This document shows positions 29,349 through 37,990 of a stretch of DNA of 47,070 bases, piece after piece (within the stretch, counting starts at the first letter, position 1; each line of letters begins with the position of its first letter). The translations under genes and the position numbers were made by a program. The notes under the pieces are model-generated. The model was not told the DNA's origin. It did not search any database and worked only from the letters and a program-made list of their open reading frames with translations. Origin of the DNA: Prevotella sp. (GTDB taxonomy: Bacteria > Bacteroidota > Bacteroidia > Bacteroidales > Dysgonomonadaceae); contig JAITVV010000062.1 of the NCBI GenBank assembly GCA_031285625.1, forward strand, positions 1-47,070, given 5' to 3'.

Positions 29349-29887
29349 TGGAAAAATTTTGTAGATTTATTCTTCGGTCTGTAGGATGGAAGATAGTAGG
29401 GCATACAAATTTGCCAAATAAATGTGTGATTTGTGTTGCTCCACATACCAGTAACTGGGACTTGCCTCTCGGACTGATTGTATATAAGGCAATGGGCAGA
29501 AAAGCCTCATTCCTTATAAAAAAAGAATGGTTCTTCTTTCCCATGAATTTATTATTTAAGGCTTTAGGGGGAATTCCTGTAGATCGTTCACGTAAGTCAT
29601 CATTGACAGAGCAGATGGCCGAGATATATGCAAAAAAAGATAATTTCCAACTCGCTATTACTCCTGAGGCTACACGAAAAGCCAATGCCGAGTGGAAAAA
29701 AGGATTTTATTTTATAGCATTGGAAGCAGATGTACCTATTGTAGTAGCTGCTCTTAATTATGGGAAGAAAGAAGCTGATTTTAAAGAAATTGTAATGCCT
29801 ACAGGTGATGTGGAAGGCGATATTGCCAGAATCAAAGACTGTTATAAAGGGGTAGTTGCCCGTCGCCCCGAATATTTCTCATTATAA
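29348..29887 (+). CDS. PlsC-like glycerolipid acyltransferase
   Basis: HxxxxD motif (PHTSNWD), GGIPVDR, TPEATR. Confidence 0.9.
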   Translation: MEKFCRFILRSVGWKIVGHTNLPNKCVICVAPHTSNWDLPLGLIVYKAMGRKASFLIKKEWFFFPMNLLFKALGGIPVDRSRKSSLTEQMAEIYAKKDNFQLAITPEATRKANAEWKKGFYFIALEADVPIVVAALNYGKKEADFKEIVMPTGDVEGDIARIKDCYKGVVARRPEYFSL

Positions 29888-29894
29888 TATCATT

Positions 29895-30677
29895 ATGGAA
29901 GATGTTGTACTAAGAGTAAGTCTCGTACAATATGACATTGTCTGGGAGAATAAGCGAGCTAATCTGGATTATGTGAAGACTAAGATTGAAGAACTTGCTG
30001 GTCATACGGATTTAGTTATATTACCGGAGATGTTTTCTACAGGCTTTACTATGAATAGCCATAATCTGGCCGAACCTATAAACGGACCAACAATATCGGC
30101 CCTGAAGCAATGGTCTCAGACTTATGACGTTGCTATTTGTGGTAGTTATATAGCTAACGATAATAATGAATATTATAATCGTGGCTTTTTCATTACTCCA
30201 CAAAATGAATATTATTATGATAAACGTCATTTGTTTAGAATGGGAAGTGAACCTCAATCTTTTTCGGCAGGAGAAAAACGCTTGATTCTTGAACATAAAG
30301 GCTTCAATATCTGTTTACTTATTTGTTATGATCTCCGGTTTCCTGTGTGGTCAAGAAATGCGGATAATGAATACGACCTACTTATCTATTCTGCAAACTG
30401 GCCTGCTTCAAGATCAAAAGTCTGGAACGCATTATTAACAGCACGTGCATTAGAGAATATGACATATGTATGTGGTGTGAACAGAATCGGAACAGATGGT
30501 AATGGGTTGAATTACTCCGGAGAATCTAAATTGATAGATGCCAGAGGTAACGAGGTTTTGACTATTGGTGAGAATATAGAACAAACATATACGATATTGA
30601 TATCTAAAACGGAACTTGATCAATTCAGAATTAAATTTCCGGTGTGGAAAGATGCTGATAAATTTGAAATAAAATAA
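29895..30677 (+). CDS. Nitrilase-superfamily amidohydrolase (YafV/omega-amidase-like)
   Basis: E-K-C triad: LPEMF, YDKRHLF, ICYDLRFP; start moved to ATG 29895 to avoid overlap. Confidence 0.9.
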   Translation: MEDVVLRVSLVQYDIVWENKRANLDYVKTKIEELAGHTDLVILPEMFSTGFTMNSHNLAEPINGPTISALKQWSQTYDVAICGSYIANDNNEYYNRGFFITPQNEYYYDKRHLFRMGSEPQSFSAGEKRLILEHKGFNICLLICYDLRFPVWSRNADNEYDLLIYSANWPASRSKVWNALLTARALENMTYVCGVNRIGTDGNGLNYSGESKLIDARGNEVLTIGENIEQTYTILISKTELDQFRIKFPVWKDADKFEIK

Positions 30678-30698
30678 CCTATTTATAAAATATTGATT

Positions 30699-31514
30699 AT
30701 GAAACTTTTTTTTAAATCTGCAACATTATTGATTGCAGTACTTACACTTACTTTTGCTACACAAAGCTGTAGTTCTGTAAAACCTGTTGAAAAATCTCAG
30801 CTAGAAGATGGTGCATGGGTTTTGAAATCACTCAAGGGCGAGGATGCTAAAACTGCATTTACAGGAAAAATGCCGGATCTGACTTTTGATTTTTCAAAAA
30901 ACATGTTATCAGGAAATGGCGGTTGTAACCGTTATACCGGTAGCTTTACTTTGACTGAGGAAAATATCTTTTCAGCTCCAAATTTGGCTGCGACTATGAT
31001 GGCTTGTTTACCTGGCAATAAGGAACCTCAATTCTTAGCAGCTTTGTCTTCACCAAACCTTGTTGTTTCACTTACTAAAGAGGGAGTCCTTACTTTCTCT
31101 GAGGGAAATAAGGTCGTTCTTGAATTTGAGAAATCTCAAGTTACGGCTAAATCAGCAGATGCGGATATCGTAAATGCTGAAAATTTGGCTGGTAAATGGA
31201 ATCTTACCTCGATTTCGGGAGGTGATATCGCTACCTTATTTACAGATAAAGTGCCTACAATGGAAATATCAAATGATGGAAAAGTTTTTGGCAATGCCGG
31301 ATGTAATACATATCGTACAGCTTATACACTGGCCGAAAATACAGTGACATTTGGTCCGGTTATGTCTACAAAGATGGCATGTTCCAGCCTGAAAGGAGAG
31401 GGCTTATTTACATCTTTTCTTTCTACTCCGCTTCAAGCCGGATTAAATGGTGATAAACTTACTTTCCTTAAAGAAGGAAATATTGTTCTTGAATTTACGA
31501 AGGTTATAGAATGA
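30699..31514 (+). CDS. Tandem META-domain (HslJ-like) lipoprotein
   Basis: Lipobox TQSC; two repeats of W-x-L...GNxGCN...T-x-MAC. Confidence 0.9.
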   Translation: MKLFFKSATLLIAVLTLTFATQSCSSVKPVEKSQLEDGAWVLKSLKGEDAKTAFTGKMPDLTFDFSKNMLSGNGGCNRYTGSFTLTEENIFSAPNLAATMMACLPGNKEPQFLAALSSPNLVVSLTKEGVLTFSEGNKVVLEFEKSQVTAKSADADIVNAENLAGKWNLTSISGGDIATLFTDKVPTMEISNDGKVFGNAGCNTYRTAYTLAENTVTFGPVMSTKMACSSLKGEGLFTSFLSTPLQAGLNGDKLTFLKEGNIVLEFTKVIE

Positions 31515-31537
31515 TTTGAGAAAAAATAATAAATTTC

Positions 31538-31570
31538 AGGGTTGTATTTGTTTGAAATACAGCCCTTTTT
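31538..31570 (+). terminator. Intrinsic terminator after the META gene
   Basis: agggttgtattt-gtttg-aaatacagccct followed by tttt. Confidence 0.8.
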
Positions 31571-31599
31571 GTTTTCAGTGATATTTTTTTATTTTTTGC

Positions 31600-31626
31600 T
31601 GTAACAAATTTTATAGCTGCTTCGTC
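31600..31626 (+). promoter_or_regulatory. ECF-sigma-type promoter
   Basis: TGTAAC (31600-31605), 17-nt spacer, CGTC (31623-31626), the canonical AAC/CGT ECF layout, at the head of an operon containing an ECF sigma. Confidence 0.75.
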
Positions 31627-31691
31627 TTAGTAATTGAAAGCAGATGATAGCACACATCAGACGATTTATTAACAATTATAAGAGAAGAGTT

Positions 31692-32162
31692 ATGAAAAAG
31701 TATTTAATTTGTTTAATATTGGTGATTGCATTGAGCCAGACAGCATATAGTCAGAGTTTAGATAACCTATTGAACACTGTTTCAAAAACAGAGAATATTG
31801 AGAAAGTAAAAATTGGACGTTTTCTGATGTCTGTAGGAAAAACCTTTGGAGGAGTAGGCAATATGCCGGTTGCAAGAGGTGTACACTCAATGGAAGTCTA
31901 TGATTTATCTGGCTGTGATTCGAACTTTAAACGTAATCTTGCAGAGCAGATTGATAAGCTGAAAGATGGTGATGGTTATGAAACATTGATATTAGCAAAA
32001 GATAAAGGTGATAATGTCAGGATCATGATGAAGAAGAAAAAAGATGTAATTAGTGATATGGTTATTTTATGTCTTAGCGATAACGACCCGGCAATCGTAA
32101 AATTTAAAGGAAAAATTAAAGAAGGTGATATCGCTGAATTGGTACAGAAATATAATAAATAA
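31692..32162 (+). CDS. DUF4252-family secreted protein, copy 1
   Basis: Signal peptide ending AYS-Q; GYETLI and IVKFKG motifs; start at ATG 31692. Confidence 0.8.
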   Translation: MKKYLICLILVIALSQTAYSQSLDNLLNTVSKTENIEKVKIGRFLMSVGKTFGGVGNMPVARGVHSMEVYDLSGCDSNFKRNLAEQIDKLKDGDGYETLILAKDKGDNVRIMMKKKKDVISDMVILCLSDNDPAIVKFKGKIKEGDIAELVQKYNK

Positions 32163-32199
32163 TACTATAAATAAGTAAACACAATTAAAAGCAAAAATT

Positions 32200-32706
32200 A
32201 TGAAAAGGTACATGTTCTTATTCGCATTAACTATTATGACAGTTCAGTTTACATTCGCTCAGGATTTAAACCAATTGATGAACGAATTGTCTAAAATTGA
32301 AGGAGCTCAACATCAGGTTGTAGATAAAGAAATGTTGAATACAACGATGAATGCTGCTATGGAAGCAGACTCTACCGGACAACTAAAGTCAAAGATGCCG
32401 GCGTTTATGCAAAAGTTGGAATCAATAGAAGTTGTTGCAATAGAAGAATATGCACCTGAGGTAAAAGAGCAGTTTCTGAATCAGATTAATAGTTTTAGTG
32501 ATGGGAACGGGTATGAGACCTTGATGTTTGTAAAAGAGGAAGATAACAATGTACGCATAATATCATACAAAGACGGAGATCAGATACTAGGTGTTTTTAT
32601 ACTTGTTTTAGATGGGGAAGATGCTGTTATCGTAAAGATGTCCGGAAGTCTAAGTGAGTCGGATTTGACTGATATAATTAATGAGCAAAAGAAAAATAAC
32701 AACTAA
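32200..32706 (+). CDS. DUF4252-family secreted protein, copy 2
   Basis: Signal peptide TFA-Q; GYETLMFVKE and IVKMSG motifs. Confidence 0.8.
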   Translation: MKRYMFLFALTIMTVQFTFAQDLNQLMNELSKIEGAQHQVVDKEMLNTTMNAAMEADSTGQLKSKMPAFMQKLESIEVVAIEEYAPEVKEQFLNQINSFSDGNGYETLMFVKEEDNNVRIISYKDGDQILGVFILVLDGEDAVIVKMSGSLSESDLTDIINEQKKNNN

Positions 32707-32717
32707 ATAATGCAATC

Positions 32718-33197
32718 ATGAAAAAAATACTATTTACATTTTTATTAGTTTTTGTAGGACAGGTTATCTATGCTCAGGATCTGAACAATCTAATGGATGA
32801 ACTGGCAAAGGTTGAATCGGCTCAGAAACAGGTTGTAGATAAAGCTATGCTTGCACAGGCAATGAATGATGAGGACGAAGATGACAAAATGCCTGGGTTT
32901 ATGAGTAAAGCTGATTCTGTGATTGCAGTTATTGTACGCAGCTGCCCTCAGGATATAAGTGAAAAGATATCTGCAGGAATTAATTCATCCGAAAAAAGCG
33001 GACAATATGAAACATTGATCTCTTTAAAAAAAGAGGATAAAATAATTTCGATGTTATCTGAAAAAAGGGAAGCCGACACCGACATATATGTTTATGTTGC
33101 GAGCGGAGACAATATTGTGTTCGTGAAGATAAAAGGACAATTTACGGCAGAGGATCTGCAAAATATGGTTAAAGAACAAATGGAGGGAGTAAACTGA
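32718..33197 (+). CDS. DUF4252-family secreted protein, copy 3
   Basis: Signal peptide IYA-Q; QYETLISLK and FVKIKG motifs; N-terminus close to copy 2. Confidence 0.75.
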   Translation: MKKILFTFLLVFVGQVIYAQDLNNLMDELAKVESAQKQVVDKAMLAQAMNDEDEDDKMPGFMSKADSVIAVIVRSCPQDISEKISAGINSSEKSGQYETLISLKKEDKIISMLSEKREADTDIYVYVASGDNIVFVKIKGQFTAEDLQNMVKEQMEGVN

Positions 33198-33209
33198 TAA
33201 ATAAAAAAT

Positions 33210-33710
33210 ATGAAAAGAAATATTTTAATATTGTTTTTAATTTTTATTTCGGGCCAAGTAGCAACTGCTCAGGAACATATTCTTGATAGATTGATTAAAG
33301 ACTATGCTAAAAAGGAGAATGCAATTCTTAGAGAGATGGATCGTACAATTCTTTTAGAACCGATAGAAAAAGCGATAAGAATGGATTCGACTAAATCAGA
33401 TGCAGACATAGAGAAACTCTATACAGAATATCCATTTGATAAAGTAACAATATTGACGTTGAAAGAATCACCTAAAGATATCTGGTCCGAATTTGCAGAA
33501 GATGTGAAAGCATATAATGATGATGAGAATTACAAGACATTATTAAAAATAAAAAAGGATGGTTTAGTTAATATTATAACCAAAAAAGGCGAATCATTTG
33601 TATCTGAATTGTTTTTAATTATACAGAAAACCGATGATGTTGCAATTGTGAAGATCGAAGGATGGCTAAAAGAGTCAGATATAGAAGAACTTACTGAACA
33701 ATATAAATAA
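33210..33710 (+). CDS. DUF4252-family secreted protein, copy 4
   Basis: Signal peptide ATA-Q; NYKTLLKIK and IVKIEG motifs. Confidence 0.72.
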   Translation: MKRNILILFLIFISGQVATAQEHILDRLIKDYAKKENAILREMDRTILLEPIEKAIRMDSTKSDADIEKLYTEYPFDKVTILTLKESPKDIWSEFAEDVKAYNDDENYKTLLKIKKDGLVNIITKKGESFVSELFLIIQKTDDVAIVKIEGWLKESDIEELTEQYK

Positions 33711-33711
33711 T

Positions 33712-34209
33712 ATGGATACGGAAACTTTCAAAAAAGTCTTTCTTCCATACCATCAGAAATTATACAGGGTTGCTTACCGGATAGTACAAGATGCAGCTAA
33801 TGCAGAGGACATAGTGCAGGATACATTTATCAAACTTTGGAATAAAAGAGACGAATTAGATAGCATAGATAATACAGAAGGGTTTGCTATTATTATACTT
33901 CGCAATACTTGTCTCGATTATCTGAGAAAAACAAAAAATGATTACCATACCTCCTATGAGGCAGATATACCGGAAAGCGTATCCTTATCAGCACAGATAG
34001 AATTACGGGATAATGCACAGTATGTGAAGAATTTGATAAATAAGCTGCCCGAACAACAGCGACAGGTACTGATGCTGAAACACTGGGATGGATATTCTGA
34101 TGAAGAGATAGAAGGAATGACAGGACTAAGTCCGGGAAATATAAGGGTTATCCTTTCACGGGCAAGAAAAACAATAAAGGAACAATACAGTAAAATAGAA
34201 CAAAGATGA
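33712..34209 (+). CDS. ECF RNA polymerase sigma-70 factor
   Basis: Region 2 AEDIVQDTFIKLW and RNTCLDYLR; region 4 LPEQQR...EEI...SRARK. Confidence 0.95.
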   Translation: MDTETFKKVFLPYHQKLYRVAYRIVQDAANAEDIVQDTFIKLWNKRDELDSIDNTEGFAIIILRNTCLDYLRKTKNDYHTSYEADIPESVSLSAQIELRDNAQYVKNLINKLPEQQRQVLMLKHWDGYSDEEIEGMTGLSPGNIRVILSRARKTIKEQYSKIEQR

Positions 34210-34766
34210 ATACAAATGAAATAAAAAAACTGATAGATGCTTTCTACAATGGTGAAACTTCAGTAGAAGAGGAACAACTATTACTGAATTATTTCAATGG
34301 TGGAGATATTGCAGAAGAGCTGCTTGAAGAAAAAGAAATTTTCCTTCAAATGTATAATGCAGCTCCGGCTGATGTTCCTGTGGGTCTGGAGTCAAAATTG
34401 AATAATCTGATTGATGAACTTGCATCGAAGGAGACTGTAAAGATTGAATTAAAACCTCAGTCAAACAAACGGCAGATGTGGGTGAAAATAGGAAGTGTTG
34501 CGGCAGGTGTAGCCTTACTGATTACGGCAGGTGTTTATTTTAATAAAAAAGCAGATCCGGTAACCCCTCCATTGGCTCAGGGGCAAACCGAAACCGTAAA
34601 TGCAGAGGACGAACAAAAGATAAAAGAAGCTCAGGAGGCATTAGTGTTATTATCCTCAAAATTTAATAAAGGGATGGATCAGCTTGCTGTAGTTGAAACT
34701 AACTTGGATAAAACAAACGAAATAATAAATAAAACTTTCAACCGTAAAAAAGACAAGGAATTATGA
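34206..34766 (+). CDS. Probable single-pass anti-sigma factor
   Basis: ATGA overlap with the sigma gene; FYNGETSVEEE N-terminal motif, one TM (VAAGVALLITAGVYF), short helical C-terminus. Confidence 0.75.
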   Translation: MNTNEIKKLIDAFYNGETSVEEEQLLLNYFNGGDIAEELLEEKEIFLQMYNAAPADVPVGLESKLNNLIDELASKETVKIELKPQSNKRQMWVKIGSVAAGVALLITAGVYFNKKADPVTPPLAQGQTETVNAEDEQKIKEAQEALVLLSSKFNKGMDQLAVVETNLDKTNEIINKTFNRKKDKEL

Positions 34767-35230
34767 AAATAAAAGGATTATTAATCGCAGTTGTGTTCAT
34801 GCTCAGTGCAGTAGCTGTGCAGGCACAAGACAAGATGTTCGAGAAGTTTTCGGATAATAAGGACATAACAACTGTGTATATTTCAAAAGCATTGCTTTCG
34901 ATGGTTCCCAATATGGATGCCGGAGGTGTAAATGTAAAAGGCCTGGCCAATAAACTGGAAAAGCTGGAAATATATACGAGTGAAAACAAAGGAGCTATGA
35001 AAACAATGGCATCAGAAGCTCAGGTAATGAAGAAGAACAAAGCTTATGAAACTCTGATGTCTGTAAAAGAAAAAGATCAGATTATTGATTTCTATGCGCA
35101 ACAAGACAGCAATGGCAAATTTAAAGATCTGATCATGTTTGTTAATCAGCCGGATGAATGTACCGTTATACGTATAGTGGGGAGTTTTACAATGGATGAT
35201 ATACAAGGTGTAATGAATAGCGTTAAATAG
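34763..35230 (+). CDS. DUF4252-family secreted protein, copy 5
   Basis: Signal peptide VQA-Q; TVYISKALL, AYETLMSVKE and VIRIVG motifs. Confidence 0.85.
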   Translation: MKIKGLLIAVVFMLSAVAVQAQDKMFEKFSDNKDITTVYISKALLSMVPNMDAGGVNVKGLANKLEKLEIYTSENKGAMKTMASEAQVMKKNKAYETLMSVKEKDQIIDFYAQQDSNGKFKDLIMFVNQPDECTVIRIVGSFTMDDIQGVMNSVK

Positions 35231-35249
35231 TTTTAAAGATTAAATGGTA

Positions 35250-35285
35250 AATATGGCTTCGGATAATGTTATCCGAAGCCATATT
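35250..35285 (+). terminator. Long hairpin ending the DUF4252/ECF operon
   Basis: Perfect 17-bp inverted repeat aatatggcttcggataa / ttatccgaagccatatt followed by atttt. Confidence 0.8.
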
Positions 35286-35351
35286 ATTTTGACAAAAAGA
35301 AATATCTGTCTATATTTAACAAATTTTGTAGGTATCAAAAAGAATCTAAAT

Positions 35352-37490
35352 ATGAAAAAGGCATTATTTTTTACTTTAAGTTTATTTATACTTATGTCGT
35401 GTACAACAAATAATAAAGGAGTATTTAAACAAGCTAACCCTCCTATAGCTGAAAAAAAGGAGCATCTGAGAATTATCCATGGTGATACAGTTCAGGATGA
35501 TTATTACTGGATGTATGACTATTTTGGTAAAGGACCGGATAGTACACTTGTCGTTAATTACCTGAAAGCAGAAAATGCTTATCTGGATACAGTGATGAGT
35601 GAGACTGCCGGATTTCAGAAAGCTTTATTCAATGAAATGAAGGGGCGAATAAAAGAAACTGACGAGAGCGTCCCTGTATTTAAAAACGGCTATTATTACT
35701 ACACCCGTACAGAAGAAGGTAAGGAATATTATAAATATTGTAGAAAGAAAGGAAGTCTCGAAGCACAGGAAGAAATATTACTCGATGTGGATAAAATGGC
35801 TGAAGGACACTCATATTATGCTATTGGCGGAGTGAGTATTAGCGAAGATAATAAATTGATGGCATATGGTGTTGATGAGATTAGCCGTAGACAATATACC
35901 ATCTATTTCAAAAATTTGGAAACAGGAGAGATTTACAAAGAATCTATTCTAAATACCAGTGGTGGTTCTACATGGGCTGACGATAATAAGACTATTTTCT
36001 ATACATCAAAAAATCCGGTAACTCTTCTCTCCGAAAAAATCAAACGTCATGTGTTGGGCACGGATGTATCTGCTGATGTTACCGTATATGAAGAAAAAGA
36101 TAAAAGCAACTATATCGGCGTGGGTAAAACCAAAAACCGGAAATATATCTTTATTCAGTCTCAGGCAACTATGTCTTCTGAAACATTTTATATAGAGGCT
36201 GATAAACCAACCTCTGCATTCAAATCGTTTCAACCGAGAGTGAAAGATGTATTGTATGATATAACTCCTTTAGAAGATAAGTTTTTGATCACTACAAATA
36301 TGGATGCGAAGAACTTTAAAGTGATGCAATGTCCCTTAGATAAAACCGGAGTTGAAAACTGGACTGAATACATACCTCACCGTGAGGATGTACTACTCGA
36401 AGGTATAGATGAATTTAAAGATTTTATTGTGATAGAAGAACGTAAGGAAGGTCTTATGCAGTTGCGTATCCGTCATTTGAGTGATGGAAAAGAACATTAT
36501 ATCGATTTTGGTGAACCAACATATATGGCATACACTTCTTCTAATCCTGAGTATGATAGCCAGGTTGTAAGATATGGTTATACATCACTTACTACTCCTA
36601 GCTCGACTTTCGATTATAATATGCAGGCACAGGAGAAAACTCTGATGAAAGAACGTGAAGTAGTAGGTGGTTATAATAAGGAAAACTATCAGACTGAAAG
36701 ACTATATGCTACAGCTAAAGACGGGACCAAAGTGCCTATCTCATTAGTTTATAAGAAAGGATTTAAGAAAGATGGTACATCTCCACTACTACTTTATGGA
36801 TATGGTAGTTATGGAGCCAGTATGGATGCTTCTTTCAGTAGTAACAGACTAAGCCTTTTGGATCGGGGTTTTGTGTATGCAATAGCCCATATACGTGGAG
36901 GGCAGGAGATGGGTCGCCAGTGGTATGAGGATGGCAAACTGCAGAAAAAGAAAAATACATTTACGGACTTTATTGATTGTGGAGAATTCTTAATTGCCGA
37001 AAAATATGCAGGCAAAGGACATTTATATGCTTCGGGTGGTAGTGCCGGAGGCTTATTAATTGGTGCTGTTATTAATATGAAGCCTGAGATATGGAATGGC
37101 GTAATTGCAGCTGTTCCTTTTGTAGATGTTGTAAATACAATGTTGGATGAAAGTATTCCTCTTACTACAAATGAATTTGATGAATGGGGAAATCCTAAAA
37201 ATAAAGAGGCATATGATTATATGAAGAGTTATAGTCCTTACGAGAATGTGGAGAAAAAGAATTATCCGAATATACTTGTTACTACAGGTTTGCACGATAG
37301 TCAGGTGCAGTACTTCGAGCCTGCTAAATGGGTAGCAAAGTTAAGAGATATGAAAACTGATGATAATATACTGTTGCTAAAGACAAATATGGAATTCGGT
37401 CATGGAGGTGCTAGCGGACGTTTCGACTATTTGAATGATGTAGCTTTAGAATATGCTTTTCTGTTTACTCTGGAAGGTATTGATAAATAG
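35352..37490 (+). CDS. ptrB: Oligopeptidase B (S9A), lipoprotein
   Basis: DDYYW, YGYGSYG, HIRGG, GGSAGG (Ser), HDSQV (Asp), GHGG (His); lipobox LMSC from ATG 35352. Confidence 0.93.
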   Translation: MKKALFFTLSLFILMSCTTNNKGVFKQANPPIAEKKEHLRIIHGDTVQDDYYWMYDYFGKGPDSTLVVNYLKAENAYLDTVMSETAGFQKALFNEMKGRIKETDESVPVFKNGYYYYTRTEEGKEYYKYCRKKGSLEAQEEILLDVDKMAEGHSYYAIGGVSISEDNKLMAYGVDEISRRQYTIYFKNLETGEIYKESILNTSGGSTWADDNKTIFYTSKNPVTLLSEKIKRHVLGTDVSADVTVYEEKDKSNYIGVGKTKNRKYIFIQSQATMSSETFYIEADKPTSAFKSFQPRVKDVLYDITPLEDKFLITTNMDAKNFKVMQCPLDKTGVENWTEYIPHREDVLLEGIDEFKDFIVIEERKEGLMQLRIRHLSDGKEHYIDFGEPTYMAYTSSNPEYDSQVVRYGYTSLTTPSSTFDYNMQAQEKTLMKEREVVGGYNKENYQTERLYATAKDGTKVPISLVYKKGFKKDGTSPLLLYGYGSYGASMDASFSSNRLSLLDRGFVYAIAHIRGGQEMGRQWYEDGKLQKKKNTFTDFIDCGEFLIAEKYAGKGHLYASGGSAGGLLIGAVINMKPEIWNGVIAAVPFVDVVNTMLDESIPLTTNEFDEWGNPKNKEAYDYMKSYSPYENVEKKNYPNILVTTGLHDSQVQYFEPAKWVAKLRDMKTDDNILLLKTNMEFGHGGASGRFDYLNDVALEYAFLFTLEGIDK

Positions 37491-37509
37491 AAATTTCGTG
37501 AAAATATTA

Positions 37510-37539
37510 GGCCTGTCCCATTATGAGACAGGCTTTTTT
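37510..37539 (+). terminator. Intrinsic terminator between ptrB and the TonB-C gene
   Basis: gcctgtc...gacaggc followed by tttttt. Confidence 0.7.
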
Positions 37540-37975
37540 ATTTACGGAAGTTTATATGCATAGGCAATGTAAAGTAGACATCAACTGCTTTCCCATTTTG
37601 TCGTCCGGGTATCCACTGAGGCATCTTTCTTACCATGCTGATTAGAGAATCGCATAAATGCCCTCCTCTGATAGCTTCTATATTTGTTATATTTCCGGTT
37701 TTGGTAACAACAAATCTGATTACTACTCTGCCAACAATCCCATTCTCTTCTGAAATAACGGGATATCTTAGATTATTAGCAATAAATTTATGCATCTCTG
37801 ATTCTCCGCCGGGATAAGCAGGCATTTGTTCTACAGTCAGAAATGGTTTGATCGTATCGATAATCTCCAATTTAGTTATTTCAGTTGTATCAGGTGCAAA
37901 ACGGTCTAAAACCTGTGCTACTACGGTATTTCCTAAGCAGAGCAGAATGAAAATTATATAAATACGAAAATGCAT
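37538..37975 (-). CDS. TonB C-terminal domain protein
   Basis: EQMPAYPGG, LRYP, GRVVIRFVV, WIPGRQNGKAV; N-terminal hydrophobic signal. Confidence 0.9.
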   Translation of the reverse strand: MHFRIYIIFILLCLGNTVVAQVLDRFAPDTTEITKLEIIDTIKPFLTVEQMPAYPGGESEMHKFIANNLRYPVISEENGIVGRVVIRFVVTKTGNITNIEAIRGGHLCDSLISMVRKMPQWIPGRQNGKAVDVYFTLPMHINFRK

Positions 37976-37990
37976 ATACTAAATATTTAG

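Noticed and set aside
31692-33710. DUF4252 array as an integron cassette array or shufflon
   Set aside because: Gaps are 1-37 nt with no attC-like or repeated recombination sites, all genes are co-oriented, and no recombinase is present.
35244-35351. N-terminal extension of ptrB in the ORF track (likewise 29856-29894 and 31644-31691)
   Set aside because: The ptrB extension runs through a terminator, the amidase one overlaps the upstream gene, and the downstream ATGs of ptrB and DUF4252 copy 1 give proper signal peptides.
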